Made by a program: the position numbers and the translations under genes
In this document: piece by piece, positions 38,101 to 46,787 of the stretch
How the letters are laid out: every line of letters begins with the position of its first letter
Numbering within the stretch: the stretch's first letter is position 1
The notes under the pieces: generated by a model
Seen by the model: the letters and a program-made list of their open reading frames with translations, nothing else
What the model was told of the DNA's origin: nothing
Database searches by the model: none
IMG/VR virus record: IMGVR_UViG_3300045738_001212
Span: 93,998-157,997 of that record
From: a virus
Reading direction: 5' to 3' (one strand)
DNA length: 64,000 bases

Positions 38101-39158
38101 TAATTCCATATTGTTTTATCTGTAATATATTTTGTAGCTCCTTCGTCGTAAGTACCAGACACGGGAGGAGACTCTACAAACTTCCTTTCAAATGAAGTCC
38201 CGGTTATGGGAGCAATGGTGTAGGCTTCATCAAGGCACGGGAATTTAATTGGTCCTATGTTATCATACCCCGTTACTACTCCTTGTGGATTTGTTTTTGA
38301 AATTATCTTGTCTTCGCACGGGGGGGTGTACCACCACCAAGTTGGGTCGTATAATATTTCTCCCTTAATTGAGTAGGTAGCAAGCTCGGCGTCTTTCATG
38401 AGTTGGGGGTCGATAGGCTCCCCAAAAATTTTTGTTACGTCTTCGTAGCCGAACATGACAGCCGGAGTCGGTATTGTGGCCTCAGAAGTAATTGAAATCT
38501 CTTGAAACATTGGCGTCCAGTTGGTCGTCAATATCCTCTTAAAAACATCAGAAGATATATGCACTGGCGACATCGGAGACGCTGCTGCCCCATATTCCGT
38601 GTAATACGTATGAAGAAAAGCGGAAATTTTAGCGTAGACATGAAGGTGAATCATGTTGTTGTTCACCCCCTGTGAAGCCATCGACCCCAAACACGAAACG
38701 ATAGCTACTGAAAAATCTTCCCGAGCCTGAGTGGTTCCCCCCGACATTCTGGAAAGAACAAATTCCCTATGCGCCCCGAAGACCGAACCTTCATTAAACC
38801 CCTTGGATTGAGTTAACGCATTCCATTGCTCGTCTTTTTTTGTTACTTTCTCAAGATTTCTCAAGGGAGAGTTTGGCGACATATCTTCTACGATACTGAA
38901 ATAAGCAGCCTGAAGAACCCGAGTTATCCGGTCAAGAATCTCATGCTTACTCTTGTGACCAGCGTATGTGGATGCGTAATAGCAGACAATTAACGAGCTC
39001 GCTTTGCCCAAGGCTTGGCTCATTGCTTCTAGGTCAGGATTTCCAACTCCTTTTGCTCTATCTCCATATCCTTGTCTCCTCAAGGTAGCATATTCGTTAC
39101 TTTGCTCACTTTTACTGAGCCAAGAACTCATTTTCAGGGTTGGATCATAGCTTCCCAT
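32124..39158 (-). CDS. giant Cys-rich probable virion/fibre protein with nested C-C-W modules
   Basis: 2344 aa; about 11 C-x9/10-C...W modules; Thr/Pro-rich linkers; many S/T-G. Confidence 0.75.
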   Translation of the reverse strand: MGSYDPTLKMSSWLSKSEQSNEYATLRRQGYGDRAKGVGNPDLEAMSQALGKASSLIVCYYASTYAGHKSKHEILDRITRVLQAAYFSIVEDMSPNSPLRNLEKVTKKDEQWNALTQSKGFNEGSVFGAHREFVLSRMSGGTTQAREDFSVAIVSCLGSMASQGVNNNMIHLHVYAKISAFLHTYYTEYGAAASPMSPVHISSDVFKRILTTNWTPMFQEISITSEATIPTPAVMFGYEDVTKIFGEPIDPQLMKDAELATYSIKGEILYDPTWWWYTPPCEDKIISKTNPQGVVTGYDNIGPIKFPCLDEAYTIAPITGTSFERKFVESPPVSGTYDEGATKYITDKTIWNYPASADYLGDTYESLKTYTGIDGRWLTDYYSYPSWYHDVSDSSVYEPYAFVHAHEVHGSRWYGGCPELVRTLCHHEDGFCLGSVDNNKEDCVNNGGSWKIGYLWPDYNTTGECDAIGGEWTVPKSCFTLNGCQGEYTATKTECETARCSDTQYTTRETCEDVGTCTDSAFDNNKAGCEAAGYCSDSQHVTKEACEAAHYCWEGQYTTKETCEAAGSTWADAEEYWTTEEFSSDHDWAEAGVWRESCENPLSPGPSPFPGSNDMVGMGIYDDYNAVESMSFRHHHINKDMGTSQTYWQNSNIIKWTGFVLCPLGFTEERLSGSYLQHYTNPIGDLKNLGRRAFHYGPATAGVVAGTCGPPQPFYSRYISHTDRLSYSDFAGGPFVYAQVYIENKTKMQKASINLFPGWMYRWAQDPYGSFYFHRTGGWNLPLIDVEYQTSFCDPETAFWEKCPTVKFEGKKISNNFNEENQRNYPYRFTGCQGASVFPQTYQSYMGSYSQHFSPPDPLPPDPFSMGQEIITPQKFFGMGDNCQDIPVTKEFRDNATFPYQFHTVDYKNITNPEIANNESAILFLSGYTEVTGAEGLWQNTIIGEWGGDYWHTFVSGWMQITGDAAGESVSCMHVHTGHQWNNECKHYLDSQVTYYWIGSGEGDVHEDFPYVGLDCMTNTAGFLADYPHISKCCDVGFTPPFHGPPPGNWDGGPPYDKLCTTTTLDPCANVSNPDDCDPLNPDNPNYQGTTTSADPYGTTTSYDPANEPTTTTPIPPEMEECGENAIPLPCPDGSEATQYGGYNSSSPGACNWEQCSSWWAYCEVYDCDYHYHRDIAWDTGIWPEERGWLELEGKQRTENPPRYWRGPYASTHYTFLYPNASGAHATTYPEEEEDKEISGFLWHVSFNVEVEEWAMKDFVSGGFVDTYGNVSWTKKLTKEGSTLPEFKSVNEDYNWSGLVNVDYVTEEAVLSSFGPDPAADQVITIDVDLASGRNINDFTTETYYSITGCGDQDANPMHDYVTRYTCEDANYIWQPSYIETKPTQVVIDGGNKFARAQYYKYQTEESHYDNDLEDDYYEVKASVTYGGYRRYSKYDFPVKTRYAKPSYRLENLLQDFEEFNTAFSYGNQAYFLCSYDQGGGGTFSQNMDRVDYGPESMSFDPVHWWPMSSSSHVTGTYHENYEKCADAYVMDGQQPAIQSEACKVIEGPLVHPEKIYGDHWVGLRSGCLYGANGYAGNFDSLIDLEGLPATGNDAGYFCDENRELYEIWVCSDEQYLTKEDCDYHDKVWEARMGRCSSPYYTEAGDCTWHGHYWTGSQEYCERDGHEWIHPYSKSPIDDSPGLCCPNDESATINCEGEAGHYGMDDYLRCPMDFSTSPYFDEYPTLREAESRVYLFNIRPTEVDIHIRAPDYVSEDTEGRVYDPTGVGTIGEMSMYDGGGGSLAGMGWAKQVVLCYLTGTDQIARVGMEELPEGVEAVYGNPNNKPIELFKESWIDEKTLSFEGAFPIADGIVFEKPTQPWAYKSHAGGTRWETLLEHGARIAVGGAVGTTVDPTPPTTTTSTTPEFIPGSCAGCLKSVGFEDESLNGYWRLAYDYLNYSQTEWDMVDSENGVSMFGRTDVPGGNTHWLIGNKDDIPNHYDYSKASCWALAVDNATLQWPCPGDGSNHLPNGVSWTCGVHGSAETGQPNASFQGVEISLCAPTPTTPDPTDASLLIPVSGWKETSRIKILITDIKIDGLGRMPVDSYFAMEQSGACQVSGYLQYQHQQEASIYTEGIVMEDVSEDPDLNDLDYPHYASEVIKRDGVTFPTGDAYEAQFGLFNPDFAPVTKDILFAPSRMQVRANELVTMGSGMHNYHDLYRGAPYYYNRYLWPTISDLHHFNGHLLSWESLPTSDSQTYPVSALLCSAAAGQPTANDDTSIFTQRHYVVTQHWMFYDGVVTDPTINREWMRRGEVGHNFFPGGGYVVPKGTTVNDIEQGIVSAEKTILRPPDEAGGSVPIGSST
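37377..37712 (-). repeat. five-deep nested C-C-W module array
   Basis: Opener units with about 51-nt period (agcagcttcaca at 37461, 37512, 37563), then five short aromatic closers. Confidence 0.75.
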
Positions 39159-39207
39159 AGGTGTATATTATATAAAAAAAAGCCTGTTTAGTCTCCTTAA
39201 TCAGACC

Positions 39208-42200
39208 TTAGACTATCTCAAGCTGACCATTATTGAGGAAATCATGGAACATTGCGTCCACCCCTTGCCGCGTTCGATTTGCCGCGTATGTTGCTGCTCG
39301 GCTATATATTTCCTTTTGATGAAGGGTGGAGTTATTAGCTCCAACATTAATCACGAGTTGGTCGAGAAATTTATCGAGAGGTTCTCCCAACATGTTTGTC
39401 GCGCACCAAATTTGGTCATTTGTAAATAGTGCTTTTATCGTTTGGTATGACCCGCCGCTGCTGTTGATTCCGGGAACTTGAATCATGGTACTCATGAACC
39501 CGTCCACCATGTTTACAAGTTCACTGGTGAACGTGAGTTCTAGCAGGTCTTGATGAGTCTCTGCGAAAACACTTGCCGATTGAGCGAATGCTGATTGCAT
39601 CATTGTTAATTCTACATCCATTCCCAGATGCAGGGTAGGGGTTAGAAAATTACAGTGTTCTGCGCCCTGACCATTACACGGAGAAATGGAGGTGTCAGCA
39701 TATCTCTGTGCAGACAAGTCTGGTGTAGCTCCATATGTGCCCTTATTTTCGGACAAGTTGTAAGCGGTTGCTTCCTGTAATCCCTGCCCCAGAAAATCAG
39801 CCTCGAATACACCACCGCCTTCACTCTTAATTCCATCCCCGCCAGCTATTGTATTCTTAATACGTCTGTAAGGGGTAGCCCACGGTCCTCTCATTATTCT
39901 GCAAGATTTCCCAAGCGCATTTTTAGACAACAACTTTTCTTCATCGTCAACCTCGTTTGAGATTTGCGTTACGAATCTGCTTCCCTGCGCTTGTCCTGCC
40001 GCCGAAAAGCCACTTTGCGCGGCTGTGCGAGCGTCAATTACGGCCTGTGCTTGTTGCGCGGCTTGTGCAGTTTGAGTTAGCCCAAGTTTTTTGGTGCTTG
40101 GAGCCGGGATGTTGTGTCTGCTGTAGCTATATTTGACATGACCGTTTATGGTTAGTAGCTTTCCTCCGGGGAAAAATCCATAATTATATTTCATGCTTAA
40201 ACAGGGATCAAAGCACTTACCTTTCAACAATTGGTCCTCATTACACCCGTAAAACCAACCGGGGTCTAAGCCCACCCTAATCGCGTAGACATACCAGTCA
40301 CATATCGGGTCTCCCGGATGATAAAAAGCAGGGCGGCTCCGATGTGGTGCGTCCACGCAACTTATTCTCCACGACCCGCAGCCTCCGGCTTTTGATGAAC
40401 CGTGCGGCCCCCATCTTATGTATCTAACGCTTGTTATCCCGCCGAACGCTTGCATGGCTCTACGTCTTAACTTCCTTACTCTTTTAACCTGTGGAAGAAG
40501 ATTATTGGTTTCCTGTCTGGCCCACAAACCATATATCGCGGGAGGATCATACATGTTATCCATAGCCCTCTCAAACCTGTGTGAGTAAAAAGATTGAGGT
40601 ATGCCGTTCCCGTTCCTGTCCCTGTTGTGTCTGGAAATTTTCCATTCGTATGCATACGGCCCAATGAGGGCAGTTCTTTTAATGCGTGTGCTATTCGGGT
40701 TCCCTCCCCAGAAATATTGACAAGCTGCTGATCCAGCCCTTAATCCGGGAGCGATATAGCTTTTGTTTTTTACTTTAGCTTTACCCTTGGCGTCGCAAGA
40801 AAGCCAATATCTCATCAAGTTTTCTACGAAATACAACATGAATCTTCCGCATGAGCCCTCTCGCCACCCACACCTTTCGCCACCCAATGAATGAGGGAAA
40901 ACCATTCTTCTTGCGGCGTAAAATTCATGTCTCATCGCCGCCTGATCGGTTGACCAGAAAAGAACATCTTCATCATCTTCTATTTCGGTGCCAGTAGGGC
41001 CACCAAGCTTTAATATGGAGTAGCGGCCAAATCTTTTAATTGCCCCCAAGTTATTTGAAAACTGCCATGTGACACCTATTCCAAAATTCTGAACCAAATG
41101 ACCGGGGCCAAAACCATAGTCGTGGGTGACATCTTGCTCATTGTAAGGATATAGTTCTCCGTGATGAAATTGTAGAGACGGTTTTACCCCATAGATTGAA
41201 CTGGTGCAGATAATAGCTGGCTCCAACGGAGCCCAGTGTCGTGTCACAGGTGCCGTTGCGGGCGTTGCGCCAACTAATCCAGCAAGGTTTGTGCTGTTGG
41301 TTTGCTGGGACACCTCTCCGCACTTGTCTGTATGAGTGGTAAGACTATGGGCTGCTGCCCCATCAAATTTACCCACCTGAATGTTACCCCCGAACCCACA
41401 CCCCTTTCCCCCTCTCTGCATATTATAATTCTTGCAAATAGGAATCTGGCTTTGACCATATAGAGCGTTTCCTTCTTCCTGTTTTAACTTGGTCCCGAAT
41501 GGAACTAGGTAACCATACTCAAACCAGCTTGCTCTTTCAGCCTTGTCTCCTTTTACGGCTGCTTGCGTGGGTGGCATAAACGATCTGGTTGTTCCCCTAA
41601 ACCCTTCTACACCGAGAAAGGAATAAGACCTACAGTTGTTGTACATGTTCATGAACTCTTTAACATGGTTTTCGGTAACTTGGTTTTTGTCTTTTTGAAT
41701 ACCCAGAAACGCAGGAATCATTCCCTTTTTAAAAAACGATGGGCTTTCTTTGTGAGCTCCCCATCCCATTTTAAGAATTACCGACCCTGCTACCCCCTCA
41801 ACTGTTTCGTACTCAAAATTGACTGAGTTCATAGGTATCTGCGCTGGAGCACCATTTCTTATAGAGAAATCTATCTTTACCCAGTCTTCCACCTGCAAGT
41901 TGACATGCTCGCTCCGTCGGAAACCAAACCTTCCAGAAGCGACACAAAGATAAAGATAATCTTCATCTCCGTTAAAACCCGGTGCCGCCGGGTGGACAAT
42001 AGGAACTTTTTCCCATTCGTCTGGGCCGACACCGAACGTCGGACATGCGCTGTGTCCGTCTCGCATTATCGCCCCTTGGACATAACTAAACTCCCTGTAA
42101 AGCCTTTTGTCGTAGTCGCTGTCCACATGTATTTGAGATGTGCCTTTTATTTTTCCGTTGTAGTCGCACAGCTTAGACCAGTGTTCTTCACCGACTTTTC

Positions 42201-45200
42201 TGCTGCCCGGATTATATTCGTATTGAGACATGTCCCACGTATAGGTCAATTGAGGGTGAATCAAGGTGCAATCCTCGGCTCCTCTTCCGCTTATCCCTTC
42301 GAGGCAACACCACGTACCAGTCACGGAAGCTTCTTGAATAAGCTCAAAATCTTTCAGGCCAGCACTCTTTACTTGGTTGAAGTTGGGAGACTTGGGGTCC
42401 GTCTCGAAAATATTACCATAGAAAAGACTATCCAATTCCGCTTCAGCAGAAGCCTTATTTAAATATGTCTTATTTATTCGGTACCATTTGTACTCAACAG
42501 GGTATTTCGGATTCCCCTCTTTGTTCGTAAGCTTGAGGTTGTTGGTCCAAAAATCAATTTCTGGATAACCCTTATTTATCTTGTCCTCTGGGATGGTATG
42601 ATAGTCAACAGCCTGACACCTGAACTTGGGCCTTTGTCCAACCTTACACGCCACATCTATCGGTTGCTGCGTAAAGATGGGTGAGAAGCAGGAGAAGTTC
42701 GGGTCCAGTTCCCCGACATCGTTATGACCGACTACCCTCCAAGGGGCAATCGGGATTTTAGAGGACCAGCTTTCCCCAGCAGCTTCACAGTCCGCCTTGC
42801 TGGCGTGACCTCCCGCGCTACAGGTTCCTTTTGTGTCCGTTGATACTCCGTAAGAAGTATTTTGTCTTCTTGGTATGTCGCCGCCGCACCCAAACTCCTG
42901 AAAGAAACCTGCGGAAAAGAAAGGAGACTGCGATATAGCATCTTTGATCTTATGTTGTACTCCCGTGATGGTAGACTTGTGGGCGTATACACCTTGGAAA
43001 TATGTCCTTGGTACGTCTGGTAAAGGGTCGAATCGAGCATTAGCTGGATTTTTTGAGCCTCGATAGTTATCTGTTACGTTGTTGCCATATATGGAATTTC
43101 CCCAATGTTCGTTCAAGCGATACCCTGACGCTGTGTCCGTGGAGAATCCGATGTGGTTTGTCGGGTACAGGTCGATGGCTTTGCCCCTTAATTTATTTTC
43201 GACAAACCTTGTCAATAACCTTGCTTCCTTTCCTGTAATTCCCGATTCGTAAAAGGCTCCTCTTGCCACTGACTTGGAATTGGACGGAGCACCAGCGTGG
43301 CTGGCATTATCAGCGACGTAGTGGCCGTATAAATTTACAAGGTCATTCCAAGCGTCGTTATGTTTCTCGCTATTGCCTAAAAGATTGTTCCCCAAGTCCC
43401 ACGAAATTTCTTTTATAAATCTTTTGTACCTATCGTTAGTGAACAGCAAGTCGTTAAGGGCACTTTTTCTTGAGTAAGATAATGCGTCAGTGCCGAACAT
43501 ATCCCCTCCCCCCGTGTCGTAAAAAATGACAGGTGAATTTGCTCCCCTCATAAAGTTGGGAAGATTTATAAGGGTTTCGTCAAAGTCCTGCTTTAGTCTT
43601 AGAAAGCTTTGTTTAAAATGAATTTCTCCGTCTGCTCCGGGAGTACTTCCCGTTAATAATTTTCGGTACTCGTATGAATTTACTATGTGATCGTAATTAG
43701 CCCAAAGGAAAAAGCCCCTATTACCAGCAAAAAATTCTCCCAAACGTTCTTCATGCTTCGCAAGCTCTAAAAGAGTTTCGTAGTGTGCGGTATCACATGT
43801 CCCGGCGGCAACCGCTGGCTCTTCATAGGGCGTACAGTTTTGTACGCTCGCTGAAAAATCTCTCACCAAGCCTACCTTGCTGTCACAAGTGCTGTACTTT
43901 CCTTCAGAAGCTTGTATATTGTCGAGGGTTCCTCTAGCCGATGTCCTTATCATGTTTAACGCGAGGAACGGGTCGTTAACCACGATGTCTACGTTAAAGT
44001 ATTCCGAACCATGCCTCAGAAGACTTGCGTCGGAAGTGCTGCCTATCGCTCGTAATTCTGCCAACGTTTTTCCAAACTCGGTTTCTATCGCTGTTGTTAT
44101 TTGCTCCTCTACCTTATCGAAGGCGTCCTTGCCTCCATCAATACAGGATGAGCAAGGGTCTATTGTGTAATTGATAGTTTTCCAAGTGACCGTATCTTTT
44201 TTCACCATGTGATAAAAATTCATAAGGTCGAACTCTTCTTCGAATACGTCATATTCAAGGTCTATATTTCCTTGTTCTTGGGCAAAAGCTGGGCCAGTAG
44301 AAGACAACTGGAGGTCTGCTGGTTCATCATCCGTTGAAGTCTTTACGAATGTCACGTTGTAACACTTATAATTGACCATCAAGGTAGAGCTCGGAGAACT
44401 AGAGCCGCCAGCTAAAGACTTCATGGTGACAGTCCCACCACCACCACCGCACTCTGTAGCCGTGTAGTAACTGTACTCGTCGTTAAATTGAGCGCACGTT
44501 TCATTATCTTTTTGTGATACCGGGCGGCTACAGGAATTAAAAAACCTTGCCCCGTAAAATCCAAACTTGCCTATCGCAGCGTAGTATGGAATATCAAAAT
44601 AATCCGAGGGACAGGCGGTAATTGGATTATCTTGGCTCCAAGGCAGGAAATCTGGAGTGTTGGGGCATTGCCTATATTCCCACATATGCTTATCGAAAGC
44701 TCCCTCACCATGAACGAGTGACGTTACCTTCTTCGACGTGGTGTTTTCTGTGTCGTTCCACAGTTGGTCGTGATTGTACCTATAAATAAAATGCCAATAG
44801 ACAAACGGATCATAAGTAGCGAAGCTTGCCTGATCGTTCACTGCTGACGCAAAGCCGTGACCCGCCCCCAATTGAACTCCCGCAAAATGGTAACCGAGAA
44901 GCTGGGATGTTTCACATTGCCTAGCTTTACATATACCTCCGTCTAGTTTTGATTCGTTAGTCCCCGCGACGGGGTAGGCCATTTCTGGGAATCCGCCTTT
45001 TATTTTATATCCAAGATATTTTGGTGCCCCTTCATAGCAAAGTTGAGCTTCGTAAACGTGAGTATTAAGCCAACCATCTGCGTCTACGGAATTTGGGAAA
45101 GGATTATCGTTGTAAAATGATCCCGCTCCCGGAGCCATGATTGAACCGGGGTGATAAGCGAACCTTTGTTCCTGAAAATAATAAGCCGGAATAAAGTCTG

Positions 45201-46155
45201 GCGGACACTCTTCAGATGGAGCATGAATCCCATGTTCGTCCCCCCTCTGTTGGTCGAAAGTCACCATAAAAGTGCCTCTAGTGGGGAAAATCGTTCTTAT
45301 CCCCCACATAAATAGCTCTTCTGGGTCGTCTAACTTTTTACAGCAATCTCCAGCCATAAAGTTGCCGAGAGCGAAGTCCTCGGCGTTCATTATTTGCCCC
45401 TCTCCAAGACCTCCTAAGTCTCCCCCGTCGGGGTCAGGGCCATAAAGACTAAGGGTCGGGACTTCTCCGTAGGGGGGAGCAAAGTATCCAGCGGGATATG
45501 TGGCGTTGTAGAAATTGTGCTCGCCACCATGCCCCTGTTCAGCAAGCCTTGTAGTCCCATGACACGTTTCATAAATATCAAACTTATAACTGGTTGCCAT
45601 GTGGAATTGATTAACGCCAGCTACGAATTTCTCTTGTTTTTTCGCGGAGCTATGCTTACCGACTTCATACCAGTCCTGTATCTTGTGTTTTTCTGTATTC
45701 AGAAGGTGAAATGCGTCAGGGTCTAGTTCCCCCGCGTTTCCTTCGAATTCGAAAGAGTCAATAGGCACTTCTTCCCAGAGACTATCGCTTTCGGTGGGAG
45801 CGGTAGCAGAACCGTGATCAGTCATGCAATAATAGAACTTAGGTTCTCCCCCTCCGGGGTCAGGCACGGAAACGAAATCTCCTTTTGCGTAGTTTGTAGC
45901 TCCAGCCCAGCCTTTCTGATTGTCGTAGCCGAAAGGAATTCCACCCGTAAATGACTTCCTGTGGACACCTGTCCAGTAATAGTCTGTGACTTTTTCGTCA
46001 GGCTCGAAGGAAATCATTTTGGGATCAACCCACTCTTTCTCGGCATACCATGTTTTTCCATCGGTCTCACAAGCCGCCTTCGTAGCGTGACCCCCTTCAC
46101 TACAGTGGCCCTCATCGACTTGTCTCGTGTATCTGTAAAAACCGGGTATTCTCAT
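39208..46155 (-). CDS. giant probable virion protein with CBM5/12-like, Ig I-set-like and C-C-W modules
   Basis: 2315 aa; WAGATNYAKGDFV...YYCMTDH...LWEEV; PIFTQQP...FRCQA...YKWYR...YLCVAS; two C-C-W modules; GTGTAA at 46193-46198 upstream. Confidence 0.75.
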   Translation of the reverse strand: MRIPGFYRYTRQVDEGHCSEGGHATKAACETDGKTWYAEKEWVDPKMISFEPDEKVTDYYWTGVHRKSFTGGIPFGYDNQKGWAGATNYAKGDFVSVPDPGGGEPKFYYCMTDHGSATAPTESDSLWEEVPIDSFEFEGNAGELDPDAFHLLNTEKHKIQDWYEVGKHSSAKKQEKFVAGVNQFHMATSYKFDIYETCHGTTRLAEQGHGGEHNFYNATYPAGYFAPPYGEVPTLSLYGPDPDGGDLGGLGEGQIMNAEDFALGNFMAGDCCKKLDDPEELFMWGIRTIFPTRGTFMVTFDQQRGDEHGIHAPSEECPPDFIPAYYFQEQRFAYHPGSIMAPGAGSFYNDNPFPNSVDADGWLNTHVYEAQLCYEGAPKYLGYKIKGGFPEMAYPVAGTNESKLDGGICKARQCETSQLLGYHFAGVQLGAGHGFASAVNDQASFATYDPFVYWHFIYRYNHDQLWNDTENTTSKKVTSLVHGEGAFDKHMWEYRQCPNTPDFLPWSQDNPITACPSDYFDIPYYAAIGKFGFYGARFFNSCSRPVSQKDNETCAQFNDEYSYYTATECGGGGGTVTMKSLAGGSSSPSSTLMVNYKCYNVTFVKTSTDDEPADLQLSSTGPAFAQEQGNIDLEYDVFEEEFDLMNFYHMVKKDTVTWKTINYTIDPCSSCIDGGKDAFDKVEEQITTAIETEFGKTLAELRAIGSTSDASLLRHGSEYFNVDIVVNDPFLALNMIRTSARGTLDNIQASEGKYSTCDSKVGLVRDFSASVQNCTPYEEPAVAAGTCDTAHYETLLELAKHEERLGEFFAGNRGFFLWANYDHIVNSYEYRKLLTGSTPGADGEIHFKQSFLRLKQDFDETLINLPNFMRGANSPVIFYDTGGGDMFGTDALSYSRKSALNDLLFTNDRYKRFIKEISWDLGNNLLGNSEKHNDAWNDLVNLYGHYVADNASHAGAPSNSKSVARGAFYESGITGKEARLLTRFVENKLRGKAIDLYPTNHIGFSTDTASGYRLNEHWGNSIYGNNVTDNYRGSKNPANARFDPLPDVPRTYFQGVYAHKSTITGVQHKIKDAISQSPFFSAGFFQEFGCGGDIPRRQNTSYGVSTDTKGTCSAGGHASKADCEAAGESWSSKIPIAPWRVVGHNDVGELDPNFSCFSPIFTQQPIDVACKVGQRPKFRCQAVDYHTIPEDKINKGYPEIDFWTNNLKLTNKEGNPKYPVEYKWYRINKTYLNKASAEAELDSLFYGNIFETDPKSPNFNQVKSAGLKDFELIQEASVTGTWCCLEGISGRGAEDCTLIHPQLTYTWDMSQYEYNPGSRKVGEEHWSKLCDYNGKIKGTSQIHVDSDYDKRLYREFSYVQGAIMRDGHSACPTFGVGPDEWEKVPIVHPAAPGFNGDEDYLYLCVASGRFGFRRSEHVNLQVEDWVKIDFSIRNGAPAQIPMNSVNFEYETVEGVAGSVILKMGWGAHKESPSFFKKGMIPAFLGIQKDKNQVTENHVKEFMNMYNNCRSYSFLGVEGFRGTTRSFMPPTQAAVKGDKAERASWFEYGYLVPFGTKLKQEEGNALYGQSQIPICKNYNMQRGGKGCGFGGNIQVGKFDGAAAHSLTTHTDKCGEVSQQTNSTNLAGLVGATPATAPVTRHWAPLEPAIICTSSIYGVKPSLQFHHGELYPYNEQDVTHDYGFGPGHLVQNFGIGVTWQFSNNLGAIKRFGRYSILKLGGPTGTEIEDDEDVLFWSTDQAAMRHEFYAARRMVFPHSLGGERCGWREGSCGRFMLYFVENLMRYWLSCDAKGKAKVKNKSYIAPGLRAGSAACQYFWGGNPNSTRIKRTALIGPYAYEWKISRHNRDRNGNGIPQSFYSHRFERAMDNMYDPPAIYGLWARQETNNLLPQVKRVRKLRRRAMQAFGGITSVRYIRWGPHGSSKAGGCGSWRISCVDAPHRSRPAFYHPGDPICDWYVYAIRVGLDPGWFYGCNEDQLLKGKCFDPCLSMKYNYGFFPGGKLLTINGHVKYSYSRHNIPAPSTKKLGLTQTAQAAQQAQAVIDARTAAQSGFSAAGQAQGSRFVTQISNEVDDEEKLLSKNALGKSCRIMRGPWATPYRRIKNTIAGGDGIKSEGGGVFEADFLGQGLQEATAYNLSENKGTYGATPDLSAQRYADTSISPCNGQGAEHCNFLTPTLHLGMDVELTMMQSAFAQSASVFAETHQDLLELTFTSELVNMVDGFMSTMIQVPGINSSGGSYQTIKALFTNDQIWCATNMLGEPLDKFLDQLVINVGANNSTLHQKEIYSRAATYAANRTRQGVDAMFHDFLNNGQLEIV

Positions 46156-46164
46156 CCTTTATCC

Positions 46165-46198
46165 TTGACTTTCTCCTCTATTATGCCTATAATTACAC
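46165..46198. promoter_or_regulatory. overlapping divergent promoters: sigma70-like (+) and GTGTAA (-)
   Basis: TTGACT-17-TATAAT on +, overlapping TTACAC. Confidence 0.7.
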
Positions 46199-46203
46199 GT
46201 ATT

Positions 46204-46782
46204 ATGATACAATTCTACAAGCCAAATGGCAAAAATACCGGGGCCGCCTGTTCTTTTTGGTATAGCCCTGATAAAGACGCCTTTTTTAGCAACATTATTA
46301 AACAGGCATCTTGGAACGCCAAGTCTAGGACGGGCTCCTTTTTGGAGAACAAAAAAAATAGAGAAAAAAACGTCCTGATTAAGCTAAACTTAAATGAAAT
46401 TGGTGGGATACTGGACTGCTTGGAAAACAACAGGGAATTCTCTGCATACCACTCTTCTCCACAGGCTAACCACATTACCAAGATGAAGTTTGCTAAGTAC
46501 GTCAAAGAAGATGAGCAGCTAGGTTTTATTTTTATGGCATCGAAAGAACCGAAAGACGACCCTTCTTCCAAGTTGAATTTCAGTATCGCTTTGAATTTTG
46601 GGGAGGCTAAAGCTCTCCAACAGTGTCTTTTGTTCATGATGAACTCGATGTTCACGGATAAAATCGACAAGATTAAAAGTAAAGCAGCCAGCCGACAAAA
46701 AACCTTGCCCAGTCAAGCTCCCGCTAAAAAAGCGACCTACACGCAGGGAGACAGTGAAAAAAGTGACGAGATAGTCTTTTAG
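46204..46782 (+). CDS. Whirly/PC4-fold ssDNA-binding-like protein
   Basis: Start MIQFYKP; two beta-beta-beta-alpha repeats ending IKLNLNEIGGIL and IALNFGEAKAL; acidic-aromatic tail DEIVF. Confidence 0.55.
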   Translation: MIQFYKPNGKNTGAACSFWYSPDKDAFFSNIIKQASWNAKSRTGSFLENKKNREKNVLIKLNLNEIGGILDCLENNREFSAYHSSPQANHITKMKFAKYVKEDEQLGFIFMASKEPKDDPSSKLNFSIALNFGEAKALQQCLLFMMNSMFTDKIDKIKSKAASRQKTLPSQAPAKKATYTQGDSEKSDEIVF

Positions 46783-46787
46783 AAGAA

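Noticed and set aside
45961-46203. Upstream extension of the Whirly-like ORF
   Set aside because: It overlaps the opposite-strand giant gene and the promoter; ATG 46204 is the better start.
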